Assembly (NCBI RefSeq): GCF_006345805.1
Contig: NC_043007.1
Coordinates: 19,530,001 to 19,594,000, forward strand
DNA from: Octopus sinensis
Lineage: Eukaryota
Direction of reading: 5' to 3'
Length of the DNA stretch: 64,000 nucleotides
This document shows positions 62,125-64,000 of the stretch, in pieces. Made by a program: the position numbers and the translations under genes. The notes under the pieces were generated by a model. The model saw only the letters and a list, made by a program, of their open reading frames with translations, was not told where the DNA came from and searched no databases. Positions within the stretch are counted from its first letter, which is position 1, and each line of letters begins with the position of its first letter.

Positions 62125-63313
62125 TAATATGGTTTTGTGTTCTTATTTTCAGCCCTGAAATGGAGGTGAACAACCAACGCCACCTACGAGGCAACTGGCT
62201 GGCCTACTGGGAACATGAACTGGGTAAGTATACTTCTGTTTAAATAAGAATTAGCTTAGAGAAATAACTGAGAGTGGCCAATGGCTTGTATTTGAACACC
62301 ATAAACAAATACAGGTGTATCAAATTCCATACAACATGAATTCTTGGTTTATTAAAATTACCTCTACCTCTAGAGGATGTGTATGAAGGTACACTAAGAC
62401 CAACATGTGTGAAGATACACTCTGTGAAACCACCTGGCAAGCAATGCCTTGATGTCACTCTGACATGACACCCAGATAAAGCTGAAGAGTTCACCTGGTT
62501 ACTAAGAGGATGTTTTCCCTTACAAACCTACTAGGCAGGTTAAACAAAGGGAAATTACTATGTAATTGACCGTTAGTAAGACAAAAGAGCTTTTAGAATG
62601 ACCATTAAGTAAGGGGAAAAAACTGAAGGTACACGTACATGGGTGTGTATGCACGCACGTGTATGTATGTACATGTGTGCATGTGCGATTGCTATGAGAA
62701 TTTTTACTTCCTTCCCTTCGGTTTTTTTCCCCTTATTTAACGGTCATTCTAATAGTTCTTTTGTCTTAATAACGGTTAATTACATAATAATTTCCCTTTG
62801 TTTAACGGTCATTTTCAAAGCATATTTTGATTGCCTCGATAACTGACGAGATGCCGGAGCAGGTTTCCGCCCCGACATCCGAAACTCGGAGTCTTATTAT
62901 GGCAACCGAATAATTGTCACACACACACACATATATATATATATATACAAAATAAGAAAATGGAGAAACACATCTTAATCAATGATCAGCTACCAGATAA
63001 TACCCAATCACATAATTTATTAAACCACTACATATGAACATTAAGGTCAAACATAATAATATAGAACAAAACAATGTACATGAAAGAGTACTTTTGATAC
63101 AATAAGTACAGTATGTATAAGTGAATATAAATAAATACAAATATAAATATACACTACATCTTACAGCTGTTTCAGCCATGCAGATATGGGTGCCTCATTA
63201 TGCTCATAACTTTGTTGGGTGCTTCACTAGCAGTATATTGGATATATGTTATCCCATGGAGGGTTGCACTTACAACCCCTATCTCAATTTGTATATATAT
63301 ATATATATATATG

Positions 63314-63383
<70 letters not shown>

Positions 63384-63533
63384 ATATATAAATCTAGATT
63401 ACATAGATAGTCATTCAGACCCGTTTGTATTGTATTCCCTAACATTTTCATTTGTTGATATCTCCCTGTACAGGGCTCAGTGACCGAACAGCAGCCTTCA
63501 ACTTCAAACACATCAAACTGCAAACTTTCTTGG
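21121..63533 (+). CDS. WDR81: WD repeat-containing protein 81 (BEACH + WD40), spliced CDS, 3' end beyond window: join(21121-21213,36725-36909,37606-37759,39224-40438,40978-41139,42557-42600,44489-44651,45758-45936,48435-50128,51534-51673,51801-51920,53344-53677,55148-55363,56564-56699,58190-58314,60184-60225,60897-61083,62153-62223,63474-63533)
   Basis: Translated exons follow recalled human WDR81 in order: [105 protein letters not shown]. All introns are GT..AG and cumulative phases match at all 18 junctions. Confidence 0.95.
24768..25262 (-). mobile_element. Tc1/mariner transposase 3' fragment with terminus
   Basis: [10 protein letters not shown]...[17 protein letters not shown] are the second and third catalytic-motif regions; terminus lies in a TA run. 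Confidence 0.88.
25883..25940 (+). ncRNA. Type-I hammerhead ribozyme fold (sense, WDR81 intron 1)
   Basis: GGGGT / CTGATGA / CCATAAAGA-TAC-TCTTTATGG hairpin / GAAAC-CCAGG-GTA / ACTCT; manual fold only. Confidence 0.55.
26811..27195 (+). mobile_element. Family A SINE
   Basis: Full-length match to 3879-4285. Confidence 0.85.
27500..28212 (+). mobile_element. 5'-truncated RTE LINE: ORF2 C-terminus, 3'UTR and (GAT)n tail
   Basis: [10 protein letters not shown]...[17 protein letters not shown]...DRDLWR runs directly into the GTTAGGAAGGGCATCCAGCTGTAG...GTTAAACGATGATG repeat. This shows that the abundant repeat is an RTE 3' end. Confidence 0.82.
30476..30840 (+). mobile_element. Family A SINE
   Basis: Matches 3879-4285. 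Confidence 0.85.
31050..31470. repeat. (CAC/CAA)n cryptic repeat with 99-bp higher-order period
   Basis: CTGCTAACAACAACAACACTATCACAGC at 31081, 31180 and 31279. Confidence 0.9.
32317..32540 (+). mobile_element. Family B SINE
   Basis: Matches family B. Confidence 0.85.
33213..33597 (+). mobile_element. RTE-like LINE 3' end
   Basis: [17 protein letters not shown]...[10 protein letters not shown]...[13 protein letters not shown] then stop and (TGA)n tail. Confidence 0.82.
35126..35161 (+). ncRNA. Minimal type-I hammerhead-like motif in a PLE-type terminus
   Basis: CTTT / CTGAGGA-A / GAGC-GTAG-GCTC / GAAAC-GTT / AAAG; element is flanked by (TA)n on both sides. Confidence 0.5.
35865..36430 (-). 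mobile_element. L1/Tx1-like LINE 3' fragment
   Basis: Minus-strand [15 protein letters not shown]...[10 protein letters not shown], recalled as a Tx1-type ORF2 C-terminus; tail resembles the family B SINE tail. Confidence 0.5.
36725..36909 (+). CDS. WDR81: WDR81 coding exon 2
   Basis: Acceptor TTTCAG|GTG; VSKEWLKNL...[11 protein letters not shown] resembles human VPARWLASL...RLPAGWTRVEV; donor GA|GTAAGT, phase 2. Confidence 0.88.
37606..37759 (+). CDS. WDR81: WDR81 coding exon 3
   Basis: Acceptor ACCAG|T completes GA|T (Asp); [10 protein letters not shown] resembles human QNYRNLWRHA; donor AAG|GTAAGT, phase 0 (alternative donor after 37745). Confidence 0.8.
39224..40438 (+). CDS. WDR81: WDR81 coding exon 4 (polyQ tract, kinase-like segment, most of BEACH domain)
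   Basis: 415-aa ORF with BEACH hallmarks ([47 protein letters not shown]); donor AAG|GTCAGT at 40439; acceptor CAG at 39221-39223 (alternative AG ends at 39230). Confidence 0.95.
40506..40770 (+). mobile_element. Helitron 5' fragment just downstream of WDR81 exon 4
   Basis: Homologous to 10729-10980. Confidence 0.7.
40978..41139 (+). CDS. WDR81: WDR81 coding exon 5 (end of BEACH domain)
   Basis: TTCAG|CTG ... CAG|GTAACA; 162 nt, phase 0-0; [39 protein letters not shown]. Not in the ORF track because it has no start codon. Confidence 0.95.
41164..41570. repeat. ~32-bp minisatellite (CTGACCTCTGACCTCCAACACTGCTTGACTCC), about 12 degenerate units
   Basis: Directly visible in WDR81 intron 5. Confidence 0.9.
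41886..42107. mobile_element. piggyBac-type MITE
   Basis: TTAA|CCCTTTCG ... CGAAAGGG|TTAA. Confidence 0.85.
42139..42359. mobile_element. piggyBac-type MITE (second copy of a tandem pair)
   Basis: TTAA|CC ... CGAAAGGG|TTAA; homologous to 41886-42107. Confidence 0.85.
42557..42600 (+). CDS. WDR81: WDR81 coding exon 6 (44-nt exon)
   Basis: (CT)n tract then TTGTAG|GTT; donor AG|GTGAGT; phase 0 to 2 is exactly what is needed to bridge exons 5 and 7. Confidence 0.75.
43808..44002. mobile_element. piggyBac-type MITE (second family, degenerate)
   Basis: TTAA|CCTTTA ... TAAATGG|TTAA. Confidence 0.55.
44150..44404 (-). mobile_element. Young tRNA-derived SINE
   Basis: Reverse complement of 4736-4990 with few differences. 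Confidence 0.85.
44489..44651 (+). CDS. WDR81: WDR81 coding exon 7
   Basis: CTCAG|T, phase 2; [17 protein letters not shown] resembles human ILLPEGFNPMQALEELE; donor CAG|GTAAGT. Confidence 0.85.
45758..45936 (+). CDS. WDR81: WDR81 coding exon 8
   Basis: TTTCAG|GTG; [14 protein letters not shown] resembles human RDMQALGVLLAEMV; donor AG|GTAAGA, phase 2. Confidence 0.92.
46017..47612 (-). mobile_element. Degenerate mariner element
   Basis: TA|TTGGGTC(A/G)TCC..TAAATAAT TIRs at both ends; [10 protein letters not shown] (WVPHEL motif) and [10 protein letters not shown] (YSPDLAP motif); RTE 3'UTR inserted at ~46797-46962. Confidence 0.88.
48435..50128 (+). CDS. WDR81: WDR81 coding exon 9 (helical region plus acidic linker)
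   Basis: TTTCAG|A, phase 2; [54 protein letters not shown]; donor A|GTGAGT at 50129, phase 1. Confidence 0.95.
50574..51470 (+). repeat. Tandem array derived from family B SINE (one head plus ~5 body units, ~160-172 bp period)
   Basis: TACTGGGGTCGATCTAATCGACTGGCCC recurs at 51061 and 51233 and near 51404. Confidence 0.88.
51534..51673 (+). CDS. WDR81: WDR81 coding exon 10
   Basis: TTTTCCAG|CT, phase 1; [27 protein letters not shown]; donor ATG|GTGAGT. Confidence 0.93.
51801..51920 (+). CDS. WDR81: WDR81 coding exon 11
   Basis: CTAG|GTA ... CAG|GTAAAT; 120 nt; [10 protein letters not shown]...[10 protein letters not shown] resembles human EAGLLAAVTL...LSDTTLMDIL. Confidence 0.92.
52075..52525 (+). 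mobile_element. RTE 3'UTR fragment with internal tandem units
   Basis: Ends GTTAAACGATGATGATG. Confidence 0.8.
53000..53240 (-). mobile_element. RTE 3'UTR fragment (antisense)
   Basis: (CAT)n then GCTGGCATGGGTTGGAC..GGATGCCCTTCCTAA. Confidence 0.75.
53344..53677 (+). CDS. WDR81: WDR81 coding exon 12
   Basis: CCCAG|GAT; [11 protein letters not shown]...[11 protein letters not shown] resembles human FPSGAQARTIL...RIGQEMVQQHL; donor A|GTGAGT, phase 1. Confidence 0.93.
53883..53910 (+). ncRNA. Partly decayed minimal hammerhead-like motif
   Basis: CTGAAGA-A / GAGC-ATAG-GCTC / GAAAT-GTC; stem I is weak. Confidence 0.35.
54087..54380 (-). mobile_element. tRNA-derived SINE (family F here)
   Basis: Minus-strand TGGCCCAGTGG / GGTTTCGATTCCC; tail CCTGGTCGGTCACGGTGAT also seen at ~8560; partial copy at ~38000-38180. 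Confidence 0.75.
55148..55363 (+). CDS. WDR81: WDR81 coding exon 13 (Ser/Thr-rich linker)
   Basis: TTTACAG|GT, phase 1; open frame; donor chosen as G|GTGGGT (phase 1) to match exon 14. The 3' boundary is less certain. Confidence 0.7.
55395..55860 (-). mobile_element. RTE 3'UTR fragment (antisense) with tandem units
   Basis: Reverse match to 27829-28210. Confidence 0.82.
56564..56699 (+). CDS. WDR81: WDR81 coding exon 14
   Basis: Long pyrimidine tract then CCAG|AC; [23 protein letters not shown] resembles human [23 protein letters not shown]; donor AG|GTGAGT. Confidence 0.92.
56734..56955. mobile_element. piggyBac-type MITE
   Basis: TTAA|CCCTTTCG ... AAAAGGG|TTAA. Confidence 0.85.
57146..58008 (+). 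mobile_element. tRNA-headed element with PLE-type hammerhead-like tail and an inverted tail copy
   Basis: A box 57279-57289, B box 57322-57333; tail 57866-58008 is mirrored by 57190-57274; TSD AAGA(C/T)ATTTGTA(C/T). Confidence 0.6.
57348..57826 (-). mobile_element. RTE 3'UTR fragment inserted into the tRNA/PLE element
   Basis: (ATC)n tail; three ~62-bp internal units. Confidence 0.82.
58190..58314 (+). CDS. WDR81: WDR81 coding exon 15
   Basis: ACCAG|C, phase 2; [14 protein letters not shown] resembles human IPNHELVGELAALY; donor G|GTAAGC at 58315 (alternative in-frame donor at 58288). Confidence 0.82.
58680..59150 (-). pseudogene. RTE LINE reverse-transcriptase fragment (frameshifted)
   Basis: [16 protein letters not shown] ... 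[10 protein letters not shown] ... [12 protein letters not shown]. Confidence 0.88.
59590..59876 (+). mobile_element. RTE 3'UTR fragment, 3' truncated
   Basis: Matches 27800-28070; stops at GTTAGGAAGGGCAT. Confidence 0.75.
60184..60225 (+). CDS. WDR81: WDR81 coding exon 16 (42 nt)
   Basis: T-rich tract TTTTTACAG|GT; donor A|GTAAGT; phase 1-1. Confidence 0.72.
60897..61083 (+). CDS. WDR81: WDR81 coding exon 17
   Basis: Long CT tract, GACAG|TC, phase 1; [15 protein letters not shown] resembles human GTFGSVLVGNRIQ; donor AA|GTAAGT, phase 2. Confidence 0.9.
61203..61740 (-). mobile_element. RTE 3'UTR fragment (antisense) with multiple tandem units
   Basis: Reverse match to 52075-52525. Confidence 0.82.
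62153..62223 (+). CDS. WDR81: WDR81 coding exon 18
   Basis: TTTTCAG|C; [14 protein letters not shown] resembles human GLSGNWLAYWQYEI; donor G|GTAAGT. Confidence 0.93.
62838..62898 (+). ncRNA. Type-I hammerhead ribozyme fold with intact core (sense, WDR81 intron 18)
   Basis: GATAA / CTGACGA / G-ATG..CAT-CC / GAAA-CTC-G-GAG-TC / TTATT; canonical GUC triplet; manual fold only. Confidence 0.65.
63474..63533 (+). CDS. WDR81: WDR81 coding exon 19 (entry to WD40 region)
   Basis: TACAG|GG; [20 protein letters not shown] resembles human [20 protein letters not shown]; donor G|GTAAGT. Confidence 0.9.
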
Positions 63534-64000
63534 GTAAGTCTTTATACCCCACCACTTTCTCTCTCTCGTCTCTCCCACCCCATCCGCATAACTATGTATA
63601 GTCTTCCATATCAATCATTCAAAATATGCATACATCTGTTTTTGCATGTATTTCAGTTATTCTTGTACAATTAACTTCGCAGCCTCTGTTAAGTTTAATG
63701 GCTGGAAGTTATTTCACAAAAATAGTAGAATTCACTCTTCTACACTCTTCCCTCTTCTGTAATATTCCTATGGCTTCTTCATTTAGTAGCAATAGTCTTT
63801 TTGAAGCCCTTCAGTCTATTGTGCTATGCTTTTTCTTGATGAGAATGCTGACTTAGAATCAGTGAATTCTTTGAAATGCAAAGTATTCCCAATATATTTA
63901 CACATTTAAGAAACAATACAGCCTCGTCCAAGTATGTCTGGTACCTAAAGGACACATAGTTCACCACTTTGAAAATGTAATAGTCTATTCTTGGTTTTCC

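Overview
AT-rich, microsatellite- and SINE-dense animal genomic DNA. The repeat families resemble, from recall, those of Octopus/coleoid cephalopods (inference, not a database result). No prokaryotic features, CRISPR arrays, rRNA or intact tRNA genes were seen. The one host gene I can support is WDR81 (BEACH-domain protein) on the + strand. I reconstructed 19 coding exons from 21121 to 63533; all introns are GT-AG and all splice phases are consistent (5320 nt, ~1773 codons). The WD40 exons run beyond the window. The rest is transposon debris: tRNA-derived SINEs, RTE and Tx1-like LINE fragments, mariner/Tc1 relics, hAT, piggyBac, Kolobok-like and TA-type MITEs, non-autonomous Helitrons, a probable LTR and a Penelope-like (PLE) GIY-YIG fragment. 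The most unusual signal is a set of type-I hammerhead-ribozyme folds in short PLE-like elements, mostly next to microsatellites and often with inverted duplications. Several are sense to the WDR81 pre-mRNA; the best are at 62838-62898 and 25883-25940. One element joins a tRNA-like Pol III head to a hammerhead-like PLE-type tail (57146-58008), suggesting a SINE mobilised by Penelope-like machinery. All ribozyme calls are manual folds and are untested.
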